A stretch of 64,000 bases of DNA from Candidatus Stygibacter australis (GTDB lineage: Bacteria > Cloacimonadota > Cloacimonadia > Cloacimonadales > TCS61). Under the pieces are notes generated by a model. That model ran no database searches, was not told the origin of the DNA, and worked only from the letters and a program-made list of their open reading frames with translations. Shown here one piece after another: positions 26,217 through 36,289 of this stretch (positions within the stretch are counted from its first letter, which is position 1; each line of letters begins with the position of its first letter). The DNA is taken from contig JAVCDJ010000203.1 in NCBI GenBank assembly GCA_030765845.1, positions 12,942-76,941 on the forward strand. The letters are read 5' to 3'. Made by a program: the position numbers and the translations under genes.

Positions 26217-26975
26217 ATGGAAGCAGAATTTAAATCTCTAAACAGCCAAATAGTCAAGTGCGATAGATGCCATCTGGCAGAAACCAGGCAGCATGCTCTT
26301 GCAGGTGAAGGAGATATAAATTCAAGGTTCTTTCTGGTAGCGCTATCACCGGGAGAGCAGGAAGATATCGAAGGCAGAATGTTTATTGGACCTTCCGGCA
26401 GGATGCTGGACAGGCTATTGAATGAGGTGGGAATAAAGCGTGAAATTCTTTATATTTCAAATCTGGTAAAATGCAATTTGCCGCAAAACCGTAAGCCAAA
26501 GATGCTGGAAATAGAAGCATGCTCCAAATATCTGGATGAAGAGCTGGAAATGATCAAACCAGAATTCATTATACCTTTAGGATTTTATGCTACCCGTTAT
26601 ATTTTAGAGAAATACAGGGCAGATCCGCCAAGTGCAAAAGCTGATTATAAAACCTTATATGGTAAACTTATTTATGCAATGGGGCAAAAGATATATCCAC
26701 TCACGCATCCTGCAGCTCTGCTATATAATCCCGATTACTATTCAAAGACTCGGGAAAAATATGGTAAACTGAAAACCTTTCAATTTACCTGCAAATGGTA
26801 TAATTGCTGCCCCATGAAGCGCTTTTATGAGCAGGGAAAATTAGACAGGAAGTGGATAGAACTGTATTGCAGGGGCGACTGGCAAATCTGCAAGCGCTAC
26901 CAGATGGAGGAGAGTAATCAATACCATCCTGATAATATGCTTCCTGATGGCAGTTTGGCGAGGACACTAGAATAA
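26217..26975 (+). CDS. Uracil-DNA glycosylase, family 4, with Cys-rich C-terminal extension
   Basis: 'CDRCHLAETRQHALAGEGD...FFLVALSPGEQEDIEGRMFIGPSGRMLDRLL' is the family-4 UDG motif A/GE-PG-x-E-D region. The last ~60 aa contain 'CKWYNCCPMKRF...LYCRGDWQICKRY'. Confidence 0.75.
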   Translation: MEAEFKSLNSQIVKCDRCHLAETRQHALAGEGDINSRFFLVALSPGEQEDIEGRMFIGPSGRMLDRLLNEVGIKREILYISNLVKCNLPQNRKPKMLEIEACSKYLDEELEMIKPEFIIPLGFYATRYILEKYRADPPSAKADYKTLYGKLIYAMGQKIYPLTHPAALLYNPDYYSKTREKYGKLKTFQFTCKWYNCCPMKRFYEQGKLDRKWIELYCRGDWQICKRYQMEESNQYHPDNMLPDGSLARTLE

Positions 26976-27271
26976 AAATATTTCAATATCCCCGCCAAAT
27001 ATCAAAGTTTACTATTTAACCGGGATATAAACATCAAGCTCAGAATCGGGAGAATTGAAATTGAAACGATGATCATACCATTCAATTTCAGCAGAGGGAG
27101 AGAATTCATATTCAGAGTTTTTGAGCTATTCTGCATAGAGATAGTGATAGGCCTCATGTAGTTTATCGAGAGTTCCTTTATGGTTATCAAATTTGGAGAG
27201 ATGAACTGTCCAGCCATTTCAAAGGTCTATCGACCATTTGAAAGGTTTTATCGCCTGGAAATAGTGATTAT

Positions 27272-27991
27272 TTAATAGGCACCTTTTCCCGTGATAACGG
27301 CGGGAATGGTTTTAAGCAGAATTTTTATATCTTCCCAGAGTGATTGTGAATAGATGTATTGTTTATCGAGTTCAACCTGTTTATTGAAGGGGATATCGCT
27401 TCTGCCTTCCACCTGCCAGATACAGGTAATGCCAGGTTTGATGTGTAGTCTTTTTCTATCTTCCAGAGTATATTGATTTACTTCTTTGGGCAGTGGTGGT
27501 CTGGGACCAACCAGACTCATTTCACCTTTTAGTACATTGATGAACTGGGGTAATTCATCAATACTGAATCTCCTGATGAAATGCCCTACATGGGTAATGC
27601 GGGGATCATGTTTCATTTTGAATATTACGCCACCTTCAGATTCATTTTCAGGAAGTAATTGATCTTTTAATTTCTCTGCCCCCACGACCATGGAACGAAA
27701 TTTGTAGAAATAAAAGGGTTTTCCGTCTTTACCCACTCTTTGCTGAGAATAAATCACTGGACCAGGATTTTCCAGAAAGATAGCAACTCCAGTTAACAAA
27801 AATAAGGGTGAAAGTAAAATAATAGCAATTAAAGAGAGTGTGAAATCAAGAACTCTTTTTAAACCGTAAGAGAAATTGATAAAGGACTGCCAGAAAAGAA
27901 TTTTGTGTATATGGGAAGATTTTTCATGCTTCAGGTTCTCTTCCGAAAATCTGCTGATGATCTTTTCTGTTTCCTTATCCCTTTTTTTCAT
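27272..27991 (-). CDS. Undecaprenyl-phosphate sugar phosphotransferase (bacterial sugar transferase family; initiating enzyme)
   Basis: 'QQRVGKDGKPFYFYKFRSM...DPRITHVGHFIRRFSIDELPQFINVLKGEMSLVGPRPPLP' is the WbaP/EpsL-type catalytic domain. Confidence 0.9.
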   Translation of the reverse strand: MKKRDKETEKIISRFSEENLKHEKSSHIHKILFWQSFINFSYGLKRVLDFTLSLIAIILLSPLFLLTGVAIFLENPGPVIYSQQRVGKDGKPFYFYKFRSMVVGAEKLKDQLLPENESEGGVIFKMKHDPRITHVGHFIRRFSIDELPQFINVLKGEMSLVGPRPPLPKEVNQYTLEDRKRLHIKPGITCIWQVEGRSDIPFNKQVELDKQYIYSQSLWEDIKILLKTIPAVITGKGAY

Positions 27992-28068
27992 TTAATCCTC
28001 ATTTCACTCACGAATTCACTAAATACAATAAATCAAGATTGAGAGTTGTTTTGTCAATTATAATGATT

Positions 28069-29868
28069 TTATTCGAGGATATTAATATTAATGAATTCAT
28101 TGATAAAGCGTTTATCAATCAAGCAGATAGCACTTATGCCAGTTTGCTTGAGAGCATTTATCTGTTCAGGATCAAGTCTTTCTGCTATGATCAGATAGAA
28201 AGAATTATTATCTATAGGAAAACCACAAATAAAATTGATTCGGGGAAAGATGCGTGAAAGGTTTTGAGTGCAGTTTTCTGACTTAGTCGGATTTTCAGTG
28301 ATCAGAGATACAGTAATCTGCTTAGAGGAACAATAATCTGCTATAAGCGGGAACATATCCACAAGACCAGTGTTCCTTTTTCTGATCATTTCGAGAGTAT
28401 TAAGATCGATGATCTGCAGATTCTGGTGTTTTTGAGTCTGTATAATTCTGTGAATCAGCCAGGCAGCAGTTTTTTGGATTTTTCTTACCCGTTTCAGAAA
28501 GAGAGGATTCCCGATTATATAGCGTTTAAACATGCGGCGAGGTTCCATTAGTAGCCTGAAACCCCATTCCAGACCAATATCTCTCAGCCAGCGGGGAGCT
28601 CTTTTAATTCTGCCGGAATAAAAATCAAATAAACCTCCAACTCCAATTACCAGTGAGCAATTCAAATGAGGGAACCATTTTTCTATCCAACGCTCCTGGT
28701 TCGGAGCACCAAAAGCCACCAGCAGTATATCCACCTGGAGATCATTTATCTTTTGAACAATATCAGCACTTTGTGTATCCCAATTAAAATAACCATGCTG
28801 AGTACCTTTGATTTGCAGATTGGGATATTGGCTAATCAGATTTTCTTTCATTTTATCAGCAACTCCCTGCTTTGCACCTAAGAGGAAAAAAGAGAAATCA
28901 TTTGCAGCAGCCAGTTCAACAAGCCGCGGAAGTAGATCAGTACCATTTACATTTTCATTTTTGGGGTAACCCAGCATATCCACTGCGATATTTATACCAA
29001 TACCATCAGCAAATATCCAGTCATCAGGGTTAGATTCAGCCAGGATGACTTTATAATCTGATTCAGCAGGAGAAAAGGTTTTATTGAAGCAGTCAGGATT
29101 AACAAAATATATTTTGCGTCTGGAGGTTGCGTTGCTATCATTTGAGTTATTGATTGTGGATTTGATCAGGTTCAGAGTCTGCTGCATAGAAACATTTCGC
29201 AGTCTCGTATTAAAAAGAAATATCGGATCCATCATACCAGGCAAATACTTAATTTTTTGAAAAATACGGAATGTACCAGCAACCAGAAACCTGACCATAA
29301 GCAGAAATTCTGCCTTGATAAGTTTGAGGAAACTGATAATGCCAGGATAAAGTTCTGCTTTTAGCAATAGGCTACTGACGAATTCCTTATCTGTTTCTTT
29401 AATACCTTCATAGGCTGTTCGAGAAGCAGATCGGATATACCAGAGATTGATAACCCCGGGGGCATAGTCATAAATAAAGGAGTCACCAATTTCTCTTAAA
29501 GTATTAAGACTGTAGCCAATAAGATTTAATTTTCCGCTGAGAACATGATAAAACAGAGCAAAATTGCTTCCGATATTTGAATTAAAATATTTTATGATGA
29601 TCAAGTTTCCCTTTTTACCATAACATTCCTGAGTATTGAACACAGGTTTACCAGTAAATAAAAAGCGGAAAATCAGAATTATATGCAGTATCCAGATAAA
29701 TGGCAAAAAAGGCAGTATAAATAAAATATGCCATAAACGGTGAAAGATATGGAAAAGTGGTAAACGTATATTGTGCGCAAACTGATTGGGTTTTTTATCA
29801 GCAGTCGCTAATTTTTTCAATAATTTTTGAGAGAGTTCTTCCCTTTCATTATTCTTGTTTTTGGGCAC
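28069..29868 (-). CDS. Fusion protein: degenerate sugar-transferase-like N-terminal membrane region, WecB/TagA/CpsF-family glycosyltransferase, and a ~130-aa C-terminal domain
   Basis: The central region 'FFLLGAKQGVADKMKENL...ILLVAFGAPNQERWIEKW...VIGVGGLFDFYSGRIKRAPRWLRDIGLEWGFRLLMEPRRMFKRY' is the TagA/WecG signature. The N-terminal 'FTGKPVFNTQECYGKKGNLIIIKYF' resembles the start of a sugar-transferase domain. Confidence 0.75.
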   Translation of the reverse strand: MPKNKNNEREELSQKLLKKLATADKKPNQFAHNIRLPLFHIFHRLWHILFILPFLPFIWILHIILIFRFLFTGKPVFNTQECYGKKGNLIIIKYFNSNIGSNFALFYHVLSGKLNLIGYSLNTLREIGDSFIYDYAPGVINLWYIRSASRTAYEGIKETDKEFVSSLLLKAELYPGIISFLKLIKAEFLLMVRFLVAGTFRIFQKIKYLPGMMDPIFLFNTRLRNVSMQQTLNLIKSTINNSNDSNATSRRKIYFVNPDCFNKTFSPAESDYKVILAESNPDDWIFADGIGINIAVDMLGYPKNENVNGTDLLPRLVELAAANDFSFFLLGAKQGVADKMKENLISQYPNLQIKGTQHGYFNWDTQSADIVQKINDLQVDILLVAFGAPNQERWIEKWFPHLNCSLVIGVGGLFDFYSGRIKRAPRWLRDIGLEWGFRLLMEPRRMFKRYIIGNPLFLKRVRKIQKTAAWLIHRIIQTQKHQNLQIIDLNTLEMIRKRNTGLVDMFPLIADYCSSKQITVSLITENPTKSENCTQNLSRIFPRINFICGFPIDNNSFYLIIAERLDPEQINALKQTGISAICLIDKRFINEFININILE

Positions 29869-31003
29869 TGGAATTTATTTCCTCAAATGACTTGATGATC
29901 ATCCGGGCATGCTTTTCCCAACTGAACTGTTTTACTTGTCTGTAGCCATTTTCTATCATGGCTTTTTGCATCTTATCGCTGCTTATTACCCGCCATATAG
30001 TTTCCCTGATCGATAATACGGAATATGGATCAAAAAGGGCTACTGCTTCACCACCAATTTCAGGTAATGAAGATGTGTTTGAGCACACAACCGGTGCACC
30101 GCAAGCCATAGCTTCAATGAGTGGGATCCCAAAACCTTCATAGAGTGAGGGAAAAATGTATAAGCTGCATTGCTGGTATAATTTCGGTAATATCTCACTA
30201 TCCACAAATCCCGTGAGATGAATACGCTCTTTATCAGGAGAATTTTCGAGGTGCTCCATTATCTTTTCACTTCCTGACCAGCTTTTTCCCGGAAGCACTA
30301 GATCATATCTGTCTCTTAAATCCTGGGGAAGGTCTTCATAAGCCTTGATCAGTCTTAGATGGTTTTTGCCCGGGTGCTCAATTCTGGCAATATAGAGGAA
30401 GTATTTCTTTTGAATACCCAACGGTTTGAGACTTGTTTTGGGAGTCGGTACAAAGCGCTGACTGTCATAGCCATTATAATTAACTTCAATTGCTTCAGGA
30501 GGTAATTTATAATATTTGATAAGGTCTTCTTTGGTATTTTTACTTATAGCCAGAATTTTATCTACTTTCTTTACAAAATAAGGGATCACTTTTTTGATAT
30601 AAAACATGCGAAGAGCATCATACTTAGCAGGAATATGGAATTGAGATAGATCATGAAAAGTTACTATTGCAGGTACTGGTAAATTTGCAATAAGCCGACG
30701 GTTTGCAGCAGGTAGAAAAACAAAATCGTAAGATTTCAGATCAAATTTCCGGGGAAGAGTATAGAGATGCCAGAGCATGTTACGAACCGGATTTTTTAAT
30801 TTATCAGAGATAGGGATCAAATTAAGATTAGAGCTGGAAACAGGGAATCTATCAATATCGCTTTCCAGAATGATCAGATCAATTTTATGATCTTGAGAAA
30901 GGACCTTAATGACATTATTCAGATAATCCGAAACTCCGGATTTTCCTTCATCATAAGCCATTCCGCTGACAAAGATACGGTAGCTGTGTGATTTATTTTT
31001 CAT
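29849..31003 (-). CDS. Glycosyltransferase family 4 (GT-B)
   Basis: 'LYIFPSLYEGFGIPLIEAMACGAPVVCSNTSSLPE'. The ORF-track start at 31042 is GTG. The ATG at 31003 ('MKNKSHSYRIFV') is preferred, but the start is uncertain. Confidence 0.85.
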   Translation of the reverse strand: MKNKSHSYRIFVSGMAYDEGKSGVSDYLNNVIKVLSQDHKIDLIILESDIDRFPVSSSNLNLIPISDKLKNPVRNMLWHLYTLPRKFDLKSYDFVFLPAANRRLIANLPVPAIVTFHDLSQFHIPAKYDALRMFYIKKVIPYFVKKVDKILAISKNTKEDLIKYYKLPPEAIEVNYNGYDSQRFVPTPKTSLKPLGIQKKYFLYIARIEHPGKNHLRLIKAYEDLPQDLRDRYDLVLPGKSWSGSEKIMEHLENSPDKERIHLTGFVDSEILPKLYQQCSLYIFPSLYEGFGIPLIEAMACGAPVVCSNTSSLPEIGGEAVALFDPYSVLSIRETIWRVISSDKMQKAMIENGYRQVKQFSWEKHARMIIKSFEEINSSAQKQE

Positions 31004-31901
31004 AACGCGAGAGCACATTGCTTTGACCAATACTGGTATCACTACTGCCAGTTTTTTGCCTTAGATTGCCCAGTTTCAGTCCTTTATAATAAGCATAGTT
31101 ATAGATGAAACTGCGGGGAAAGGAACCCATGGATTCTCTAAAATTCAATTTTGGTAAAAGATATAATAAATCTCGCAGTGTTTGCCTGATCATACCGGAA
31201 ATCATACCGATTATAGAAGGTTTTCGGTAATATATAAAGGAGTCTGCTTCCCCTTCCACAAATTTTCTGCCATAGATTTGCTTGAGTGTATAGTTATGTG
31301 AATGCATAATAATAGCATCCGGCACATATTTGATCTGCATACCGTTTTTTACAGCCCATTCACCCCATTCAGTGTCTTCTGAAGCCCAGGCATCAGTATA
31401 AAAATGATGCTTCTCCCAGGCACTCTTACGCATAGCAGCCATAGGTAATGAGAGCCTGATCCATTCTGGAGTTCGTTCAGCATCAGGAAAACTAAGGTTA
31501 TAATCACGACGAACCCAGTCGAAAGCCTCTGGTCTGGGAATTTGGCGTGTGAGAGCAGCGTCAATGGACGGGTCATCAAAAGCATCTACGAGTCTCTGCA
31601 ATGTGTGAAGACTGAGTGGAACTCCATCTGAATTCTGAAATACTATAATATCTGCTTTCGCTTGTTCAATTGCCATATTAAGTACGGATCCGGGATAATA
31701 TGCTTTGGATTCTATCTGGATAAGACGGCAGGGAAACTGGTTAACAATTTCCAGAGTTCTATCCGTCGAGCCGGAATCAACCACCAGCAATTCAAAATCC
31801 TGAAATGTTTGAGAATACAAAGCTGCCAAAGCCTGAGCGATCACCCAGTCTGAGTTTTTGCTCCTCATTATAACAGTCACTTGTGGTTGATTTTCTGGCA
31901 T
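30993..31901 (-). CDS. Glycosyltransferase family 2
   Basis: 'VTVIMRSKNSDWVIAQALAALYSQTFQDFELLVVDSGSTDRT' plus a 'FQNSDG' DxD-like motif. Confidence 0.85.
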   Translation of the reverse strand: MPENQPQVTVIMRSKNSDWVIAQALAALYSQTFQDFELLVVDSGSTDRTLEIVNQFPCRLIQIESKAYYPGSVLNMAIEQAKADIIVFQNSDGVPLSLHTLQRLVDAFDDPSIDAALTRQIPRPEAFDWVRRDYNLSFPDAERTPEWIRLSLPMAAMRKSAWEKHHFYTDAWASEDTEWGEWAVKNGMQIKYVPDAIIMHSHNYTLKQIYGRKFVEGEADSFIYYRKPSIIGMISGMIRQTLRDLLYLLPKLNFRESMGSFPRSFIYNYAYYKGLKLGNLRQKTGSSDTSIGQSNVLSRYEK

Positions 31902-31904
31902 AAG

Positions 31905-32723
31905 TTATTTATCCTGCATGGGCAGCAATTCACTCATAAATACAGTTTTATGATCTGCCAGCCAGGGCAGCAATTTATCTTTAAAGGAATGAAATTTATC
32001 ACTTAAATAAAGTGTAATGGGGTGGATGATCATATTGGATATTACTCCATTTGCCTCATTATGCTTCAATCCAGCCAGAACAATGTCTGTCCATTCTTCG
32101 ACATAATAGGAATCGGGACCAAAATCATCGCTCCAGTTATAGCGTTTTTGCCACCACTCAATCCACTGGGGAGTTCGTTCTGCATGGATAAGATGTTCAT
32201 GATCAGGAATGATATTCAAGGGGAAATTATATATCCCGCTGGGATGTGCGATCAACCCATTGGAATTCTTTTTTACCCCATCAGAACATATCCTGATGCC
32301 TAAATCAGCTAATACTTTTTCAGTATTGGGCCCGTGCATATACATGTGATTACGCCAGACCGCTATTTTTTTACCAGTTTTTTGCTGGATGATCTCAATA
32401 GTTTTTTGAGCATCTCTCTTTTGACAGATATAGGGTCCATTATAATTACCAGTAAATTTATTCCAGACACGATGGCCAAAAGAGGGTTTAAAGGCATTAA
32501 AATTATGACCTCCAATCTCTACGGAACTGCTTCTGCAAATAGGTTCAAGATCATGCCATTCTTCTGCAAATGACCTGCCGGTAATAAAAAACGTGACCTT
32601 TATCCCTGCTTCTTCCAGCAGTTTGAGATAAATTTCTGCTATCTGGATCTCAGGAATATCACTGTGTTTCTGATTCCCGGTTCCCAGCGTCATATGATGG
32701 AGATCACCACTAAGACAAATCAT
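31905..32723 (-). CDS. Putative polysaccharide deacetylase / carbohydrate esterase-like protein
   Basis: 'GDLHHM...VTFFITGRSF...EIGGHNF' resembles metal-dependent deacetylase motifs. The location in the EPS operon is consistent. The call is weak. Confidence 0.35.
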   Translation of the reverse strand: MICLSGDLHHMTLGTGNQKHSDIPEIQIAEIYLKLLEEAGIKVTFFITGRSFAEEWHDLEPICRSSSVEIGGHNFNAFKPSFGHRVWNKFTGNYNGPYICQKRDAQKTIEIIQQKTGKKIAVWRNHMYMHGPNTEKVLADLGIRICSDGVKKNSNGLIAHPSGIYNFPLNIIPDHEHLIHAERTPQWIEWWQKRYNWSDDFGPDSYYVEEWTDIVLAGLKHNEANGVISNMIIHPITLYLSDKFHSFKDKLLPWLADHKTVFMSELLPMQDK

Positions 32724-32734
32724 CTTTACCTTTA

Positions 32735-33958
32735 TTATTTCAGTTTGATCTGAAATTTCTTCAATAGGTGTGAGAAATTAGTATCCATATATTCTCCCCA
32801 TTTTTTGAGGTAGGCACTGCGCAGATCTTCAAAATTAAAATTCTGCACCTGCAAAAATCCTCTGGCGATCTTTCGGTAGTCCTGGTTTCTTAAATTATAA
32901 GCTATCAGGGGATATATCAGTGGTAATACACCTTTATCTCCTAAAAATTTATAACCCATTCTTATACTCATCGGTGCCTTTCCCGGAAATTCAGACTGCA
33001 TATTTGAATAGTTAAGCAACCGCTTTCCCCAGGCTTTAATACCCAGTCCTGCTTCACTCATGCCATGGGCTAAAGCAAAATTAATATAATTATCCCAATT
33101 AAGTTTTTTGCGGTGCAGGCGTCTTGATTCGCAGGAAAGATTAATTTTCTGTAATAATTGTTTAACTTCTTTCATCCATTGAGTAAGGTCCTTAATCAGG
33201 AATGGCTCATAATCAGGTTGAAATCTGAAATTCATGGCATCATCATAGAGTTTCTTAAATTCAGGGTCCAAATCCCTTCGATCCTGCATCCTTTTCTGCT
33301 TCTCAATATAGCTCCAGTCATATTCACCTAAGAAAAATAGCAGGCAATCACCATAGCCAATGATACTTTTAACAGTATGCCTGATAATCACTTTCTTTAG
33401 CTCAATATCAAGGGTGCTCTGCTGCTTGATAATCAGGTCATTGATGATCAATAATGTACCGCGGTTAACCAGCAGATTTCGCGCATCCCAGGCAGGAATT
33501 TTTTTCATCACGAATTGTGAGCAAGACATGATAATATCTGTATTTCCCAGCAGCACTTTATGCCCAAATTTCATATCATACCAGATCATCCGGCAGGAAG
33601 AACTTTTGAGCTTACTGGCATTGATCACACTGGTATCAATGCCCACCCCAATCCTTTCAATCAATTGTTGCAGAGCTTCATCGATCTTGACTTTCATCTC
33701 ATCTGCTTTATCTGCCTTGACATCATTAGCCACAAGCATCAGATCAAAATTGTTATGTGGTCGCTCCTGTCCATTTACAATTACCACTCCACCTTCTCCA
33801 CGTCCATAACCACCGAGCATATAAAGACATTTATAATGTTTCTCTGGAATTGTATCAGCAATTACGGTGACTATTTCTTCCACCATGCGAGTAATGAGCA
33901 CTTCTACTTTCTGACTACCCTTAGCAGTGAATCTACCCCAATTTTTACTGTCTATCAT
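32735..33958 (-). CDS. Pol-beta-superfamily nucleotidyltransferase-like protein
   Basis: 'LYMLGGYGRGEGGVV...NNFDLMLV' fits the G[GS]x9-13DxD minimal nucleotidyltransferase motif. A long helical C-terminal region follows. Confidence 0.45.
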   Translation of the reverse strand: MIDSKNWGRFTAKGSQKVEVLITRMVEEIVTVIADTIPEKHYKCLYMLGGYGRGEGGVVIVNGQERPHNNFDLMLVANDVKADKADEMKVKIDEALQQLIERIGVGIDTSVINASKLKSSSCRMIWYDMKFGHKVLLGNTDIIMSCSQFVMKKIPAWDARNLLVNRGTLLIINDLIIKQQSTLDIELKKVIIRHTVKSIIGYGDCLLFFLGEYDWSYIEKQKRMQDRRDLDPEFKKLYDDAMNFRFQPDYEPFLIKDLTQWMKEVKQLLQKINLSCESRRLHRKKLNWDNYINFALAHGMSEAGLGIKAWGKRLLNYSNMQSEFPGKAPMSIRMGYKFLGDKGVLPLIYPLIAYNLRNQDYRKIARGFLQVQNFNFEDLRSAYLKKWGEYMDTNFSHLLKKFQIKLK

Positions 33959-35121
33959 AGTTTGCTCCCTTTAACAAATTCTTTAAAATATGTCTGCAGA
34001 GATCCGAGGTGCTCTGCAGCAGTAAATTTTTCTTTATAAATTTCATTACCCGTTTCTCCCATTCTGGCAGCTTTCTGCCTATCAGAAAGGAGTTTATCAA
34101 TTTTTGCCGCCAGTTTGTTTGCCTGATTGGATGGAACCAGATAGCCATTCACTCCATCGGTTAACCATTGACTGATCCCTCCCACGTTTGAGGCAATAAC
34201 CGGTTTTGACCAGCTCATAGCTTCCAAACCTGATAATCCAAAGGTCTCAGGTACTCTACTGGGCATTATCACGCATGTGCAATTACTGTACAGGTTTTTT
34301 AATTTCTGCTGCTCGACAAATCCTAAAAAGGTAACTTTTTTTTCCAAACCCAGTTTAAAAGCCAATTTCTTAAATTTTTCTGCCTGCCTGCCACTGCCGG
34401 CGATCATAAGAGAAATATCATGTTCTAACAAAGTCATTGCTTTCAATAAAATATCAATCCCTTTTCCCCGCACAAGTTGACCTGTAAATAGGAGATAGTT
34501 ATCATCTGCTGGATCATAGTTTTCTGTATGCTTCCAGGAATATAACGGATTCACGAGTATCTTACTGGTGCTAAAGCCATGATCGATAAGATGCGATTTC
34601 ATATATTCTGAAGCAACCACAAAGCCATTAAGTTTTTTATTAATATTCTGCTCAGCACGCAGCTTATTCAGGCTGGATATTTTTACAGGGAATATTCCCC
34701 TGCCCCTGCCAATGAATCCCAGACAGGGATAACATCTTATACCACTTGGTTTGGTGCAGGTTCTGTGACTGATAGTTTTATATTTATGTTCTCTCAAGCA
34801 GAATAATTTATGATCATGAAAGAAGCGTACCACTGGTTTACCGGTACTAATCAAGTCTTTTATTGCTTCTTTTCCTTCAAGACGATGCACATAGATAATA
34901 TCGGGATCGATTTCCTTCACCTGTCTAGATAGCACAACACGCGGAAATGCAGCATCAAAGGCGTTTGTAAAAACAGGTTCAGTCCATCCATCAACATCAT
35001 AAATAAGAGTATTGGAATAACCTGTTTTTGAAAGCTGACGGGCAGTATGATAGATATAGCTTTCACAACCTCCCGTAAAATCTGCTCTAGAATTTATCCA
35101 CAATATTTTTATCTTATTCAT
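33955..35121 (-). CDS. Glycosyltransferase family 4 (GT-B)
   Basis: 'VIMPSRVPETFGLSGLEAMSWSKPVIASNVGGISQWL'. Confidence 0.85.
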   Translation of the reverse strand: MNKIKILWINSRADFTGGCESYIYHTARQLSKTGYSNTLIYDVDGWTEPVFTNAFDAAFPRVVLSRQVKEIDPDIIYVHRLEGKEAIKDLISTGKPVVRFFHDHKLFCLREHKYKTISHRTCTKPSGIRCYPCLGFIGRGRGIFPVKISSLNKLRAEQNINKKLNGFVVASEYMKSHLIDHGFSTSKILVNPLYSWKHTENYDPADDNYLLFTGQLVRGKGIDILLKAMTLLEHDISLMIAGSGRQAEKFKKLAFKLGLEKKVTFLGFVEQQKLKNLYSNCTCVIMPSRVPETFGLSGLEAMSWSKPVIASNVGGISQWLTDGVNGYLVPSNQANKLAAKIDKLLSDRQKAARMGETGNEIYKEKFTAAEHLGSLQTYFKEFVKGSKL

Positions 35122-36289
35122 GATACTTTTTCCACCAGTTTTCCAGCATTACCTTCAAAGTAGTGCTGACATTATTATCCAGGTACAGTTCCCGGCACTT
35201 AAAATGCAGTTTCTGACCCAGGCTTTCTCTAAGTAATTCATTATTAAGCAGTAAATTAAATTCTTCTGCCAGTTTCTCTGCGTCTTTTTCAATAATTATC
35301 TCTTCACCAGTTAACTGGAAGCCCTCCATGCCAATAGGAGTGGTTATTACTGCCTTATACTGGTTTGCCACTTCCAATATTCGCGTTCTGGTTCCAGAGG
35401 CTATTCTTAGAGGCAGGAATATAAAAAGACTATTGGCAATTTCCTCCTGTATATCTTCAACTTCACCGATATAACGCAATCTTCCTTTATTTGCAAAGTA
35501 CTCCTTAAAGCGATCATGCCAACCTCTTCCGGCAATATCCAGAAAAAGATCCCTTCTTTCAAGTTCTTGTTCTATCAAAGGGTATATATCCTGACTGATA
35601 TATTTCAGAGCATCTGCATTGGCTGCTGAGGTGAGAGTGCCAAAAAATAATATCCGATCCTGTTTCTGACTGGATAATGCTTCTCTGGTTTCCATCACAT
35701 TGGGCAATACTGCAAAATTATCTGCCTTTTCCAGTTTCAATCTATGCTGTACCATCTCTTTTTCCAGATAATTAGTGAATAAGAATAGATATTTTCTCTG
35801 GAAGAACTTCTGCTCAAACCACCTTTGTTTGGTGCTTTCTATCAGATAATAGCGGTTTTTAAGAACAGGAGCCTGCTTCCAGGACAAATGTGAAAGTCGA
35901 CTCAGCAGCATATCAATATCAAACACAATTGCAGAGCAGTAAGGTTCTGCCAATTTAGCCAATTTTGCAGGAGAGGCAAACCTGATAAATATCAGATCAT
36001 ATTTATTATTCTTAATGATTTCGATAAATTTTGCTTTTACTTTATCAGAGAAACGGAAGATCATCACGGGGTGAAATGCACGACGATCAATTTCAGCCTG
36101 AATCTGATAATGATCATTCATATTTCCAGGCAAGCCTTTAGCTTCTGGAATGCCGGTTCGAATCAGTTCCAGCCAGTCTACCTCATATTGACTTATCAGA
36201 GTATTCCAGATGAATTTACTCCGGTTTGCTCCTCCATCATTTATTCCCACAAAAGGGATATCAATATATAAGATCTTTTTCATACTCAA
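35114..36289 (-). CDS. Glycosyltransferase, GT-B fold (GT1/GT4-like), divergent
   Basis: The size, operon context and C-terminal 'FIFLPLRIASGTRTRILEVANQYKAVITTPIGMEGF' fit a GT-B nucleotide-sugar binding region. Confidence 0.5.
   Translation of the reverse strand: MSMKKILYIDIPFVGINDGGANRSKFIWNTLISQYEVDWLELIRTGIPEAKGLPGNMNDHYQIQAEIDRRAFHPVMIFRFSDKVKAKFIEIIKNNKYDLIFIRFASPAKLAKLAEPYCSAIVFDIDMLLSRLSHLSWKQAPVLKNRYYLIESTKQRWFEQKFFQRKYLFLFTNYLEKEMVQHRLKLEKADNFAVLPNVMETREALSSQKQDRILFFGTLTSAANADALKYISQDIYPLIEQELERRDLFLDIAGRGWHDRFKEYFANKGRLRYIGEVEDIQEEIANSLFIFLPLRIASGTRTRILEVANQYKAVITTPIGMEGFQLTGEEIIIEKDAEKLAEEFNLLLNNELLRESLGQKLHFKCRELYLDNNVSTTLKVMLENWWKKYHE

Noticed and set aside
27002-27271. Possible gene remnant on the minus strand between the UDG and the sugar transferase. 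One frame reads '..GWTVHLSKFDNHKGTLDKLHEAYHYLYAE*LKNSEYEFSPSAEIEWYDHRFNFNSPDSELDVYIPVK'. The ORF-track 71-aa ORF lies in another frame.
   Set aside because: The protein-like frame has in-frame TGA and TAG stops and no start codon. I cannot assign it to any family. At best it is a decayed fragment.
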